DNA of 64,000 nt from Escherichia phage EC121. Each line of letters opens with the position of its first letter. Within the stretch, counting starts at the first letter, position 1. Shown piece after piece: positions 9,564 through 19,693 of this stretch. The position numbers and the translations under genes are program-made. The DNA lies in sequence record NC_054909.1, one strand, 5' to 3'. The notes beneath the pieces were generated by a model. That model saw only the letters and a program-made list of their open reading frames with translations, did no database searches and had not been told where the DNA came from.

Positions 9564-9779
9564 TTAAGCCTTTTTATCAAGAACAGCATTCAGTTTGCTA
9601 GTAATTTTATCCAGACGCTCATTGAACTCGCTAGAAGACAGTCCTTTTTCTGGAGAAATCAAACTAATCACGAAAAATATAGCAATAAAAGGAATAAGGA
9701 AAATAGCTCCAACTGCCATAAACAGAAAGAATGTTACAGTTGTAAGAAAATCAGCTAAACCTTTACGAAATTTATACAT
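9564..9779 (-). CDS. hypothetical small membrane protein (71 aa)
   Basis: single hydrophobic helix FLFMAVGAIFLIPFIAIFFVISLI. Confidence 0.55.
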   Translation of the reverse strand: MYKFRKGLADFLTTVTFFLFMAVGAIFLIPFIAIFFVISLISPEKGLSSSEFNERLDKITSKLNAVLDKKA

Positions 9780-9894
9780 ATTTTACCCTTAATTGATTAA
9801 CCAAGCATTGATAAGCACTAAACTATACTGTGAATAAAATTCTGGACCAAAATGAAAAATCATATCATTTATAGTATCCATAATATAATTCAAT

Positions 9895-10365
9895 TTAATC
9901 ATGTTTCCACACCCCATCGGTATTTGACCAAAGTCGCTGATTATCTGATCCTCGCCACAGCTTTTTAGTCGGAAGATTTTTCTCATACTTCCCATCAATA
10001 ATAACATCAACATATTTAAGCATTTCTAGTTGTTTAATATCTTCAAACTTATATCCTGTCCACAACCAAATGCTTTTATTTGGATAAAGATTTTTTACTG
10101 TTTGAACAATGCAATGAACAGCATCTCGGTTATCAGGATAGAGAGGGTCTCCTCCAGTTATAGTTAATCCTTCTATATAATCGTTATTCAAACATTCAAT
10201 TAATTGTTCCAGCGTTTCACCAGTGAATGGAACACCATTTCTAGCATTCCATGTTGATTTATTATAACACCCTTCGCATTTATGCAAACAACCTGTAACG
10301 AAAAGAACGACCCTGCAACCAGGGCCATTCACAAAGCAGCACGGGTATATTCTGTCATAATTCAT
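9895..10365 (-). CDS. nrdG: anaerobic ribonucleotide reductase activase NrdG (radical SAM)
   Basis: CxxxCxxC motif CLHKCEGC; 156 aa from ATG at 10365. Confidence 0.9.
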   Translation of the reverse strand: MNYDRIYPCCFVNGPGCRVVLFVTGCLHKCEGCYNKSTWNARNGVPFTGETLEQLIECLNNDYIEGLTITGGDPLYPDNRDAVHCIVQTVKNLYPNKSIWLWTGYKFEDIKQLEMLKYVDVIIDGKYEKNLPTKKLWRGSDNQRLWSNTDGVWKHD

Positions 10366-11192
10366 AATAATATCCAATTTTTCCAAGCTTCATCAGTAGA
10401 ATTACAGCGTTTTAGTATAAGATGTCTAGAAACTTTTATGGCATTTGAGCACTTTTTAATTGAATCATATTTAATACCGTCAACTGAAACGGTTTTGCTA
10501 GTTGGAGAAATTTTTCCATACATTGGATTTTTTGAACCAACTTGAAGTCCTTTTAAAGCTTTTGAAAGCTTTTGTCTAGATTCCAATGACATGGGAGAAT
10601 TCTTTTTACCTTCAATAATTCGCTTGCGATGAAGTTCGCGTTCTTCTTCACTCAAAGAATTGTAATATTTTTTAACACCGTTTGATATAGATAATTTATC
10701 TTTCTCAGACCGCTCTCCAGCTAATTTACTTCTAACATCTTTTCGCTTCATAGCTATGCTTACGGCTTTATTTAAATTTGCTTGATGCTCTGGCGTACGT
10801 TTATATTTCTTTAAAGCACGTGAAATAGCTATTTTAGTTTCTTCTGTTCTCTTTTTACCTTTATTTGCTAAACTATTTTTGCGGCGATGTTCAAGTGTCT
10901 GTTCATAGGCAGTTCCACCTTTTCCACCAGGTTTAATATTATATGTATTTTCTTTTAGACAATACTCTTCGGTTACAAGTTCAGCTTCTTTATCATACAT
11001 TTGTTTTTCATTATCAAAAACATGTAAAATTTCTTTATTAAAATTTTTTCTACCATATTTTAATAAAGCGGCACGAATCAATGTTCCTGACCCCATATAA
11101 CCGTCATTTATGTTATCGGTGCTATGCGCACCGATATATTCCTTTGAATTAATTATATTTGTTATTTTATAAATTATATAATACCTATGCAT
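10362..11192 (-). CDS. free-standing GIY-YIG homing endonuclease
   Basis: N-terminal YIIYKITN...KEYIGA GIY-YIG module, C-terminal NUMOD3-like basic repeats; overlaps nrdD stop and nrdG start. Confidence 0.8.
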   Translation of the reverse strand: MHRYYIIYKITNIINSKEYIGAHSTDNINDGYMGSGTLIRAALLKYGRKNFNKEILHVFDNEKQMYDKEAELVTEEYCLKENTYNIKPGGKGGTAYEQTLEHRRKNSLANKGKKRTEETKIAISRALKKYKRTPEHQANLNKAVSIAMKRKDVRSKLAGERSEKDKLSISNGVKKYYNSLSEEERELHRKRIIEGKKNSPMSLESRQKLSKALKGLQVGSKNPMYGKISPTSKTVSVDGIKYDSIKKCSNAIKVSRHLILKRCNSTDEAWKNWILL

Positions 11193-13002
11193 GTTTTACT
11201 CGTTTTACCATTTCTTTCATTTTACCTAAATTCCATGGAACAACGCTAGGAGTTCCAAGATATCCGCATGTTCTTCTTATTGTGTTCATCTTTTTAGGAT
11301 CAGTTTCTCCACAAATAGAACAAACAAACCCGTTTTCAGTAGGAGTCATTTCATGGGTACTTCCGCATGTAAAACACTTATCTACTGGCATGTTAACACC
11401 AAAATAATCTAAATGTTGTGCAGCATAATCCCACACGGCCTCAAGACCTTTTAAGTTATTTTTCATATCAGGAAGTTCAACATAAGAAATGTGACCACCT
11501 GTCGCAATGAAATGATATGGCGCTTCACGAGAAATCTTTTCAAACGGAGTAACATTTTCTTCTACTGAAACGTGGAAACTGTTAGTGTACCAGCCTTTAT
11601 CAGTAACATCCTTTACACTTCCATATTTTTCTGTATCAAGTTTACAGAAGCGATAGCAAAGGTTTTCAGCAGGAGTAGAATACAAGCTAAAAGCAAAACC
11701 AGTTCTTTCAGTCCACTGTTTAAGATGAGCATTCATTTTAGTTAAAATTTCTTGTCCAATATCACGACCGACAAGAATATTCAATTCGTGAATACCAATG
11801 TATCCCAAAGACACTGAACTTCTACCGTTTTTAAATAACTCAATTATGTCGTCATCAGGTTTAAGACGAACCCCAAATGCACCTTCTTGGTAAAGAATAG
11901 GAGCAACAGTAGCTTTAACTCCTTTTAAGGAACTAATTCTACACATCAAAGCTTCAAAACACAAATCCATTCGCTCATTGAATAATTCAGTAAATTTCTG
12001 TTCATTGAATTGTGTTCCAATATAAGAATCTAACGCAATACGAGGAAGATTCAGTGTTACAACACCAAGATTATTACGTCCATCAAGAATTTCATTACCA
12101 GTCGAATCTTTCCATACGCTCAAGAAACTACGGCAACCCATTGGAGAAACAGGAACAGATGAACCAGTGATAGCTTTATTGTTCTTAGCTGAAATAATAT
12201 CAGGATACATCCTTTTGCTTGCACACTCTAAAGCAAGCTGCTTAATATCATAGTTCGGATCGTCTTTATAAAGATTAACACCTTCTTCAACGAACATAAC
12301 AAGTTTAGGGAAAATAGGAGTTATCCCATCACGACCAAGACCTTTAATACGATTTTTCAGAATTGCTTTCTGAATCATTCGTTCAGTCCAGTCAGTTCCC
12401 GTACCAAATGTAATTGTTACAAAGGGTGTTTGTCCGTTTGAACTAAAGAGAGTATTTACTTCATATTCATAAGCTTGGAATGCATCGTATACATCTTTTT
12501 CTGTTTTAGATTGAGCATAATTCAATGCATCAGCGATTTGCCATTTTTCTGCATCCTCAATATGTTTTGCATAGGTGCGTTTAACATAAGGAGAAAGTAC
12601 TTTATCTACATTAGCAAAAGTCGTTCCGCCGTATTGGTGGGAAGCAACCTGTGCAGTAATTTGTGCCATAATTGCAGTAGCAACGCCAATTGATTTAGGA
12701 GTTTCAATCTGCGCATTACCTAGCTTAAATCCGTTCTCAAGCATTCCTTTTAAATCTACTAAACAACAATTAGTAAATGGAAGAGCAGGGGAATAATCAA
12801 TATCATGGAAATGAATAATTCCGCTTTCATGCGCTTTCATAATAAAAGACGGGACCATATTTTTGGCAATGTGTTTAGACACAATACCAGCCATAAGGTC
12901 CCGTTGAGTTGGAAAAACACGAGAATCTTTATTAGCATTCTCGTTCAAAAGGTCTTTATTAGTTTTATGAATCAATCCTTCAATTTCTTTTTCAATTGTC
13001 AT
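11185..13002 (-). CDS. nrdD: anaerobic ribonucleoside-triphosphate reductase NrdD (glycyl radical enzyme), uninterrupted
   Basis: 605 aa; C-terminal glycyl radical motif RRTCGYLG and Zn-ribbon CFTCG...CSIC. Confidence 0.95.
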   Translation of the reverse strand: MTIEKEIEGLIHKTNKDLLNENANKDSRVFPTQRDLMAGIVSKHIAKNMVPSFIMKAHESGIIHFHDIDYSPALPFTNCCLVDLKGMLENGFKLGNAQIETPKSIGVATAIMAQITAQVASHQYGGTTFANVDKVLSPYVKRTYAKHIEDAEKWQIADALNYAQSKTEKDVYDAFQAYEYEVNTLFSSNGQTPFVTITFGTGTDWTERMIQKAILKNRIKGLGRDGITPIFPKLVMFVEEGVNLYKDDPNYDIKQLALECASKRMYPDIISAKNNKAITGSSVPVSPMGCRSFLSVWKDSTGNEILDGRNNLGVVTLNLPRIALDSYIGTQFNEQKFTELFNERMDLCFEALMCRISSLKGVKATVAPILYQEGAFGVRLKPDDDIIELFKNGRSSVSLGYIGIHELNILVGRDIGQEILTKMNAHLKQWTERTGFAFSLYSTPAENLCYRFCKLDTEKYGSVKDVTDKGWYTNSFHVSVEENVTPFEKISREAPYHFIATGGHISYVELPDMKNNLKGLEAVWDYAAQHLDYFGVNMPVDKCFTCGSTHEMTPTENGFVCSICGETDPKKMNTIRRTCGYLGTPSVVPWNLGKMKEMVKRVKHA

Positions 13003-13472
13003 TTTAAACTCTTTCTAAGCTGCTTCTTGAATGAAGCTATTAATTGTGTTTTGGTGTCAGATTCATTATATTCAAATCCTCTTTGAAGCATCTCGGCCAT
13101 CATTTCCTCTTTTCCTAAACGAGAAAATTCCTTTGATTTATCTCCAACGAAGTTAGGGTGAATATTATTTTGGGTGTAATCGGATTTTAAATAAGTAAGT
13201 AAATTTTCTAACCATTCAAGATAATCAACACCTTGTCCCTTTAAGCCAGAACGATTAAATTTATGCTTCATTTGACCTTCTGCGGCATTGCAGAGATTAC
13301 AAAGCAATCCACGTACCTTTCCTGCTTTTGGTCCATTTAATTCATGGTCATGGTCGAGGTGATTAGCTTGAACGTCAGGATTTAGTTCTCGTTGGCAAAT
13401 TAAGCATTTACCATTTTGTGCATCATAAAATTTCTGTTTTTCTTCTTTGTATAATTTGCCAGTCAATAACAT
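12999..13472 (-). CDS. 49: recombination endonuclease VII (Holliday junction resolvase)
   Basis: 157 aa; Zn-binding CLIC...HLDHDHELNGPKAG...CNLCN. Confidence 0.9.
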   Translation of the reverse strand: MLLTGKLYKEEKQKFYDAQNGKCLICQRELNPDVQANHLDHDHELNGPKAGKVRGLLCNLCNAAEGQMKHKFNRSGLKGQGVDYLEWLENLLTYLKSDYTQNNIHPNFVGDKSKEFSRLGKEEMMAEMLQRGFEYNESDTKTQLIASFKKQLRKSLK

Positions 13473-13515
13473 AATAAAACCCTTACCTTAAATAGATAAG
13501 GGTATTTATTATTTT

Positions 13516-14019
13516 TCAAGTATTGTAAAACATTTGATGCAATCGCTTATATTGCTGAATCATTCGGTCAGAAAAAGAAATTTGAGTTTCAAGCCATTCA
13601 ATGTATTCTGCGGCAGCTTGCATCAGGTTACCTTCATAGCCATCGTTATTTTCTTGCGCAGCTAATTTAGCTAATGCGTATGAAATACGTTCACCTTGAA
13701 AATCGGCTTTAGGCTTCTGAACAACTTGATTAGTTCGCTCTACAACTTCTTCAATTTCGCCATTTTCGACTGATTCAGTATTCCATAAGCACCAATACGT
13801 AATTGACTTATCATAGATATTAATAATCTTTCCGTCGGAAAGTTCAATTTCAATAATTCCAGTATCAGGCTCTATATCATCTTCACATTCTTTTGCAAGT
13901 TCACGAACTTTAAAGACAGTACCTGCACTAAGTTCCGGCCAGTAATTACACAGCCCTGTATCAGCACGATTAATTCTAAACCACTTATCTACTGTAATCA
14001 TGTCCCATCTCCATATCAA
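13516..14019 (-). CDS. hypothetical protein (possibly Pin-like by position and length)
   Basis: 161-167 aa ORF following gene 49. Confidence 0.5.
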   Translation of the reverse strand: MIWRWDMITVDKWFRINRADTGLCNYWPELSAGTVFKVRELAKECEDDIEPDTGIIEIELSDGKIINIYDKSITYWCLWNTESVENGEIEEVVERTNQVVQKPKADFQGERISYALAKLAAQENNDGYEGNLMQAAAEYIEWLETQISFSDRMIQQYKRLHQMFYNT

Positions 14020-14124
14020 TTAAGTCATTTATCGTTGGTTCATTATATATTGTTTCTTCATCAGTGTAAACCGGTTCTTCCGGCTCTGGCTCTACAGTTT
14101 CCCATCTAGCCGCCCACCAAGGTT

Positions 14125-14445
14125 TTATAGCGTAATCCATTCTCGTACTGTCTGAGTTACTACACGTTCATGGGGCTCGACTAGTTCAACAGTCGGAACT
14201 GCATAATACCAGTCAGAATGATAAGAACCTGACCGAGATTCATTTACCGCTACATGTACGTTATGTTTTGGACTAAAATAAACACACTGACGATATTGAC
14301 ATTTGCCGTCTTGTACCCAGTCTTCTATTTCGACAGGTTTAAGATAATCGGAAAAATCGAAATCATAGTTTTCCGAAAATGCATCATGGTCTTCAATGAT
14401 TTCGCTCAGAACTGCATCAACATCTAATTTATTTTCAATAGTCAT
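14125..14445 (-). CDS. hypothetical acidic protein (106 aa)
   Basis: minus-strand ORF. Confidence 0.55.
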   Translation of the reverse strand: MTIENKLDVDAVLSEIIEDHDAFSENYDFDFSDYLKPVEIEDWVQDGKCQYRQCVYFSPKHNVHVAVNESRSGSYHSDWYYAVPTVELVEPHERVVTQTVREWITL

Positions 14446-14628
14446 TTTTCACCAATTAATTTCGCAATTTATTAAGTTCTTCATCATCAATCCAGGATTC
14501 TAGTCCTGATGGCAGGGCACATTCAATTTCCCAAAGAAGTTCTTCAATTTTCTGAAGACGTTCTAGTTCTTCGGCTGGAATAGCAACCATTGACGGAGCT
14601 CGTGATACATTAATATCGTAAATCATAT

Positions 14629-14844
14629 TTACCCCAATTTAACCACACAATCGCCGTATTTCCACTTAGAAATAGACTTTTCACCATTAGAATAATAAAC
14701 TTCGAGTTTAGCACGATTATTTTTAATTTGAATAACCTTTGCTGTCATCAAAGTTCCATACCCATAATAAACTGCAACTTCATCACCTACATATACCGCG
14801 CTTCCGCGGTAATCATGGATATAATCAGTTCCTTCGAGAATCAT
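14629..14844 (-). CDS. hypothetical protein (71 aa)
   Basis: ORF with start overlapping nrdC stop. Confidence 0.5.
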   Translation of the reverse strand: MILEGTDYIHDYRGSAVYVGDEVAVYYGYGTLMTAKVIQIKNNRAKLEVYYSNGEKSISKWKYGDCVVKLG

Positions 14845-15104
14845 TTAAAGTATTCCCGCAATTGGTCAAATCCACCAATATGACTTCCATCAGGAGCAAA
14901 TACCTGAGGCATCGTCAAACCAATTTGAGTATCACGACCTAGTTTCGTTAGAAGCTCAGCGATTTTCTCATCATCAAAAACACCTTTTTCCGGCATAATG
15001 TTGATAAATTCAAACGGCTGTTTCTTCACAGTCAAGAGACGTTTTGCATTATCGCAATACACACATTTATGGATGTTGCTATCATAACCATATACTTTAA
15101 ACAT
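14841..15104 (-). CDS. nrdC: thioredoxin/glutaredoxin NrdC
   Basis: 87 aa; CVYC redox motif. Confidence 0.9.
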   Translation of the reverse strand: MFKVYGYDSNIHKCVYCDNAKRLLTVKKQPFEFINIMPEKGVFDDEKIAELLTKLGRDTQIGLTMPQVFAPDGSHIGGFDQLREYFK

Positions 15105-15105
15105 A

Positions 15106-15348
15106 TTATTCCTTAATTCCTAGTACTTGTTTAAAAGTCTCGTCGTAATCAAGACTTTGACCTGTTTGTTCTTTATGTTTGTATATAATATCACTTACTT
15201 CTGATAGCATATTTTTATATGAACGAGTTAAAGCAGATTTAAGCACGCTGTATCTATCAGGAAATTTACCATGTTCATTATAATAAGCTATTGCTAATTC
15301 ACGGACTGCCTTTTCAGCAATCTCCATATATTCTTTACGCTTTGTCAT
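15106..15348 (-). CDS. hypothetical protein (80 aa from internal ATG)
   Basis: ATG at 15348 immediately after upstream stop. Confidence 0.45.
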   Translation of the reverse strand: MTKRKEYMEIAEKAVRELAIAYYNEHGKFPDRYSVLKSALTRSYKNMLSEVSDIIYKHKEQTGQSLDYDETFKQVLGIKE

Positions 15349-15349
15349 T

Positions 15350-15739
15350 TTAATCCAAAATATTATTAGGCATTGGTTGAACACTCGCAAGTTCTTTAAA
15401 GAACTCAGTAGAGTCAGGTAATTTAACCATTTCCGGAGCATGCTTACTAAATTTATGTTTGCAATGACGGCATTTATATTCAAGTTCCGGTTTACGCCAG
15501 TTAATCAATTGAACTTGTTCAGTACCGCATTCAGGACAATTAGGAACGTTTTTAGAAGCCCTTTCGCGACGTTCAACCATAACCATAATAGCATCCCAGG
15601 CTGGAGGTTTAAAATCTAAATCATCACAACCATGAATCTTTCCGCGCATTTCCAGATCGTCTTCTTCACCAGCCATAATAATTTTAATTAGACTGGAATT
15701 ACTTGAAGCTGCAATATCTTCTAATAGACGCTTTTTCAT
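15350..15739 (-). CDS. hypothetical Zn-ribbon protein (129 aa)
   Basis: CPECG...CRHC four-cysteine motif. Confidence 0.55.
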   Translation of the reverse strand: MKKRLLEDIAASSNSSLIKIIMAGEEDDLEMRGKIHGCDDLDFKPPAWDAIMVMVERRERASKNVPNCPECGTEQVQLINWRKPELEYKCRHCKHKFSKHAPEMVKLPDSTEFFKELASVQPMPNNILD

Positions 15740-16662
15740 TTCAATACCTCAATAGCATTACGTAAACCATTTGCTTTTGCATTAAGAGCTTTTAACAATT
15801 TAGTGTGTTCGGCAATCTGAGCTTCAACTTCAACCAGTCGAGATTTGAGATATTCACGTTCTTCACTCATGTTATCAATCTTTTCTACTTTAGGCTCTTT
15901 TACAACTGTCTTATATGTATTAGGATTCTTCAGTTTAATTAGAATACGTGAACTGTATAACATTGAACCATTATCTTCGATTTCGTCATACATTTCTACT
16001 ACGTCCATAATTTTTAACATCATGCGAAGTTTATAAGACAACGAACGAATAGTTTTGTTGTGCTTATTAATTTCTCTAGCTGTCATGGTGCCGAGATTAC
16101 GTGAGTAATAATAAGGAACCTGGATATTAATTAATACTGATGAACCACCTGGCTTGTGTGTTACTTCATCAGCAATAACCCAGTCCTTAACATGAACTGT
16201 ATTTGTACGGTCATCGCCTGCGGTAAATAGTTTGCGAGCATGCTTAAAAAGCATATTCACTTGGGTATTGAATTGACAAGCAAATTTATCAGCAAATTTA
16301 GTTTCAGGAATGGTAGATAACCAATCAGCTAAATGGGTCTTTTTAACATCGTTAACAATAGTAAATTCAACCAAATCGATTATAGATGTCGCAGATTTAA
16401 TGAAGCTTGGCTTCATAAAGTTTTTAATGTTATCGCGAGCTACAGTAGAAGATAACATACGAGAACGTTTAAACCATTCAAGCAAATTGCCTAACGAATG
16501 AGAATAAGCGTTTTGAGTATCTTTACAGATATGATTTTCCTGGCCAACATATTGAAGGAAATCACGAAGAATATTATTAATTACTGATCTGTGTCCGATC
16601 TGATAATTGCGGTGTTTAGTAATAAGACTGTCAAAATAATCAATATAATGTTTACGAGTCAT
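15736..16662 (-). CDS. hypothetical protein with C-terminal coiled coil (308 aa)
   Basis: ATG at 16662 with GAGG RBS, downstream of promoter 16691..16719. Confidence 0.6.
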   Translation of the reverse strand: MTRKHYIDYFDSLITKHRNYQIGHRSVINNILRDFLQYVGQENHICKDTQNAYSHSLGNLLEWFKRSRMLSSTVARDNIKNFMKPSFIKSATSIIDLVEFTIVNDVKKTHLADWLSTIPETKFADKFACQFNTQVNMLFKHARKLFTAGDDRTNTVHVKDWVIADEVTHKPGGSSVLINIQVPYYYSRNLGTMTAREINKHNKTIRSLSYKLRMMLKIMDVVEMYDEIEDNGSMLYSSRILIKLKNPNTYKTVVKEPKVEKIDNMSEEREYLKSRLVEVEAQIAEHTKLLKALNAKANGLRNAIEVLK

Positions 16663-16690
16663 ATTAATCTCCTCAGTAGAAAGTAAGAAC

Positions 16691-16719
16691 ATTATACCAC
16701 ATCCTTGTGGCGAAGTAAA
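16691..16719 (-). promoter_or_regulatory. sigma70-type early promoter
   Basis: GTTTACT -35 and TATAAT -10 with 17-nt spacer on minus strand. Confidence 0.45.
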
Positions 16720-17739
16720 CTAGTTTAGTGCATTTAGTGCATTGTTCAGTTTAGAACGTTGCTTCGTGAGATTTTTGACTTTTTCTTGAGCTTTTTCTAG
16801 CATCTTTTCAGCTTCTAACACTTCATTAGTTGCTTTAACGAGTTCATCATCTACTGCCTTAAGGGACTTCTCAATCGCATCCGCGTGCCATTTTTCAACA
16901 GGTTTAAGACTCGGATTTTCAACAGGAAGAAAATTCGCTTTATTGAATTTCCATGCATCCTTATTACCTGAACTATACATCCAAAATTTAGGATCGTTTG
17001 ATGAGTAATTGGATAAATTTAAGATATCTTGCACTTCCTGCTTTTTCTCTTGCGGGATTTCGTCCTTTCTCAAAAAATCGTATTTAAATGAAACGATCAT
17101 ATCAAGTTCATATATTGTTGTGTCTAATTTAAATCGCTCAAAACGAGGTAAAATCTTAGACTGAACAGCGGCAACAACATCCATATACTTAAATGCTTCT
17201 GCCAACTGCGATTTAAGGCATTCGCAAATTGAAAGAGAATTTTTTGTATTAGGTTTAAAGCTAATTCGTGCAGTTCTGTTATTTTCTTTTAATGGTCTTA
17301 CTTCCATCTGAAGAGTATAACCATCAAATTTCAGGTTCTTTAAGTTAATGTCAGAACCTTTTAATCGACTAGCCGTCGACAAAATTTGCTTTAATTGTTT
17401 ACGGAATAGAGCAATAAATCTCCATTCAATACGATAATGATTTGGATTAAAAAATCCAGATGATAAATCGACCTTACTCTGACCAACGCCTTGAACAAAT
17501 AGAGGATTTTTATAATCAATAGTTTTACAGAAATCGGTGAGCTGCTCACGAGCCGTCATTTGTGTAATATACCCCGCTTTACTAAAATGACGTAACCATT
17601 CACTGCTATTCATATATTTAAAGTGAATATCACGATTAACTTTATCAGGGTCTAAATTATTTTGGCACAAAAATGTCATAACATCACGAGTATAGCTGGC
17701 ATTACGAACCATATCTTCAATTTGAGAACGAGTTTTCAT
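16720..17739 (-). CDS. hypothetical protein with C-terminal coiled coil (339 aa)
   Basis: ATG with TAAGGAA RBS; heptad-like C-terminus. Confidence 0.6.
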   Translation of the reverse strand: MKTRSQIEDMVRNASYTRDVMTFLCQNNLDPDKVNRDIHFKYMNSSEWLRHFSKAGYITQMTAREQLTDFCKTIDYKNPLFVQGVGQSKVDLSSGFFNPNHYRIEWRFIALFRKQLKQILSTASRLKGSDINLKNLKFDGYTLQMEVRPLKENNRTARISFKPNTKNSLSICECLKSQLAEAFKYMDVVAAVQSKILPRFERFKLDTTIYELDMIVSFKYDFLRKDEIPQEKKQEVQDILNLSNYSSNDPKFWMYSSGNKDAWKFNKANFLPVENPSLKPVEKWHADAIEKSLKAVDDELVKATNEVLEAEKMLEKAQEKVKNLTKQRSKLNNALNALN

Positions 17740-17747
17740 GGTGTTCC

Positions 17748-18671
17748 TTAAGATTTAAGTAAATCGACAATTTTAATTAACTTTTCACGCTCAGATTTAG
17801 CTTTACTACTCAGTCCAGATAGTCTGAAAATTTCATCATCATATTGTTGAATAGAAATATTCAGCTCTTCAATCTGTTTATTAAAATAATCAATTTGTTC
17901 AGAATGTTTTTCGTTACTACGAACTGGTACAGGTTTCGTAGGCAATTTAGTTAAACTGGATTCATCCGGGCGATAAATTAAAATACAACTTGAACCAATC
18001 GGGCATTTTGCACCAGATGAATATTCTAATGTTCCAGCTTCTTTTAAAACTTCAAAAGCTAAACAGAGATGATGCCCCATATTAACATAATCTGTAGAGC
18101 GAGCTCTGATGTAATAATCATCTCCGCGAATACTAAATTTAAAGCATTTAAGGTCTTCTGTATTATTGGTCTTAAAAATCATTTGTTTATCTAGACCTTT
18201 AGCTAATCGAGCGCCTAATGCTAATAATCGTCGTTGATTTTTCCACAAATCCGCAATCATTTGATCGAATGATAATTTTGGCATTAGTCGACCATAAAGG
18301 TCATATCCTTTATTATAATTACGAAGGATTTCACTCGCATTAATGCGAGACAACGCTCCAATTTTATTAAGGGCTTTCATGATACGATTAGATAAACTCA
18401 TTCCAGACCCGTTTGTTCGCTGTAGATGTTTTTCTAATCCAAATCCAATATCAACTTTAAACTTATCTAAAATTTCTGCATGAACATCTTTGTCGATAAC
18501 ATTCAAATCCAAAGTTGGGTTAAATCTATGAAAAAATTTATCTGGCTCTCCACGGCGAAGTACAGTCCATTCATTCAATTTTTTATTAACTAAAGATTTA
18601 ATTACTGCATTGACATTATTAATTACTACTGACATATTTTCCTCACTCATTTTCAATTTTACTAAATACAC
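17748..18671 (-). CDS. hypothetical protein with C-terminal coiled coil (307 aa)
   Basis: minus-strand ORF. Confidence 0.6.
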   Translation of the reverse strand: MYLVKLKMSEENMSVVINNVNAVIKSLVNKKLNEWTVLRRGEPDKFFHRFNPTLDLNVIDKDVHAEILDKFKVDIGFGLEKHLQRTNGSGMSLSNRIMKALNKIGALSRINASEILRNYNKGYDLYGRLMPKLSFDQMIADLWKNQRRLLALGARLAKGLDKQMIFKTNNTEDLKCFKFSIRGDDYYIRARSTDYVNMGHHLCLAFEVLKEAGTLEYSSGAKCPIGSSCILIYRPDESSLTKLPTKPVPVRSNEKHSEQIDYFNKQIEELNISIQQYDDEIFRLSGLSSKAKSEREKLIKIVDLLKS

Positions 18672-19050
18672 AGAATATGATTGAACAGACTACATAAGCA
18701 CCACACACAGATTGAACTAATACCATTCCAAAGAACCAGACAATATTATCAAACCATGTCTGTTTTACGTCGAAAGGACGTAAACTTACAGTAATATTAT
18801 CACCTTTTTCTATTGAAGAATACATCTCTGGGGAAATATATTCACTAAATCTATAACCGTCTTTGAGTTCATATACAGCAATAAACGATAAACTAGACCC
18901 CTTTCCTTGAGTTCCTGTAAGGGTATTAACTACAGTAACATCATAATCTTTATAATGCATATAATCATTAATAGCATAATAACCATATGCAATTGCTATA
19001 CATAAACAACATATCAATAAATTCAATCTTTTAATTATCAACTGTTTCAT
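18643..19050 (-). CDS. hypothetical membrane protein (135 aa)
   Basis: N- and C-terminal hydrophobic helices. Confidence 0.5.
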   Translation of the reverse strand: MKQLIIKRLNLLICCLCIAIAYGYYAINDYMHYKDYDVTVVNTLTGTQGKGSSLSFIAVYELKDGYRFSEYISPEMYSSIEKGDNITVSLRPFDVKQTWFDNIVWFFGMVLVQSVCGAYVVCSIIFCVFSKIENE

Positions 19051-19105
19051 AATAATCTCAATTAAAAGGGCTTAGAACCATTATACCATCCTTGGTATAA
19101 AGCGG

Positions 19106-19633
19106 TTATGCGAGTACCGTCTTTAACCGTTCTTCAAACTTCCGAAGAGTATTTTGGCGTTCAGCTCTTTGCTTTTTGTAAGTTTCAATACGCTCTGAAA
19201 TGAGAGTGTATCGTTCATTTACTGATTCTTTCATAAAATCAGGAATTTCACGAGAAGCTTTAATCTCGTCAAATTTATCAATAACAGCTTGCTCTTCAGC
19301 AATTAAGTTATCATACATTAAAATATCTTTCTTGATGAACTCAATATCTTCTTGAGTTACACGAGATAATTTAGATGCTTTATCCTTTTTGTACTGTTCG
19401 TTAGTATCACGAGACCAGTGTAATGTACGATTTTTATTCGTATTTTTGTAAATTTCTACAATACCGATCTCATCAATAATAACGATCCAATTCCAACGCG
19501 ATTTGTAAATTTGTCCTCCATCAACAGTGATTTCACCTCCGATTGAGATGTCATTAAAGAACTTGCTTTGTGCTTCTGATTTAAATTTACCATCGTTGTA
19601 ATTTACCAGGTTGAAAATATCTTTAGCGTTCAT
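19106..19633 (-). CDS. hypothetical protein (175 aa)
   Basis: ATG with GGAGG RBS downstream of promoter 19662..19690. Confidence 0.6.
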   Translation of the reverse strand: MNAKDIFNLVNYNDGKFKSEAQSKFFNDISIGGEITVDGGQIYKSRWNWIVIIDEIGIVEIYKNTNKNRTLHWSRDTNEQYKKDKASKLSRVTQEDIEFIKKDILMYDNLIAEEQAVIDKFDEIKASREIPDFMKESVNERYTLISERIETYKKQRAERQNTLRKFEERLKTVLA

Positions 19634-19661
19634 TTTGTGTTCCTCCGTAGTTGATAGGGTA

Positions 19662-19690
19662 ATAATACCACAGAGGAACAGTCTTGTAAA
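19662..19690 (-). promoter_or_regulatory. sigma70-type early promoter
   Basis: GTTTACA -35, 17-nt spacer, TATTAT -10, conserved CTATCAACT box downstream. Confidence 0.45.
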
Positions 19691-19693
19691 CCA

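Noticed and set aside
9789-10013. 74 aa ORF between nrdG and the membrane protein gene
   Set aside because: Overlaps nrdG by 119 nt; only a 30-37 aa internal-start product is possible.
11185-13002. Group I intron with internal endonuclease ORF inside nrdD, as in T4
   Set aside because: nrdD is one continuous 605 aa reading frame; the endonuclease gene lies outside it.
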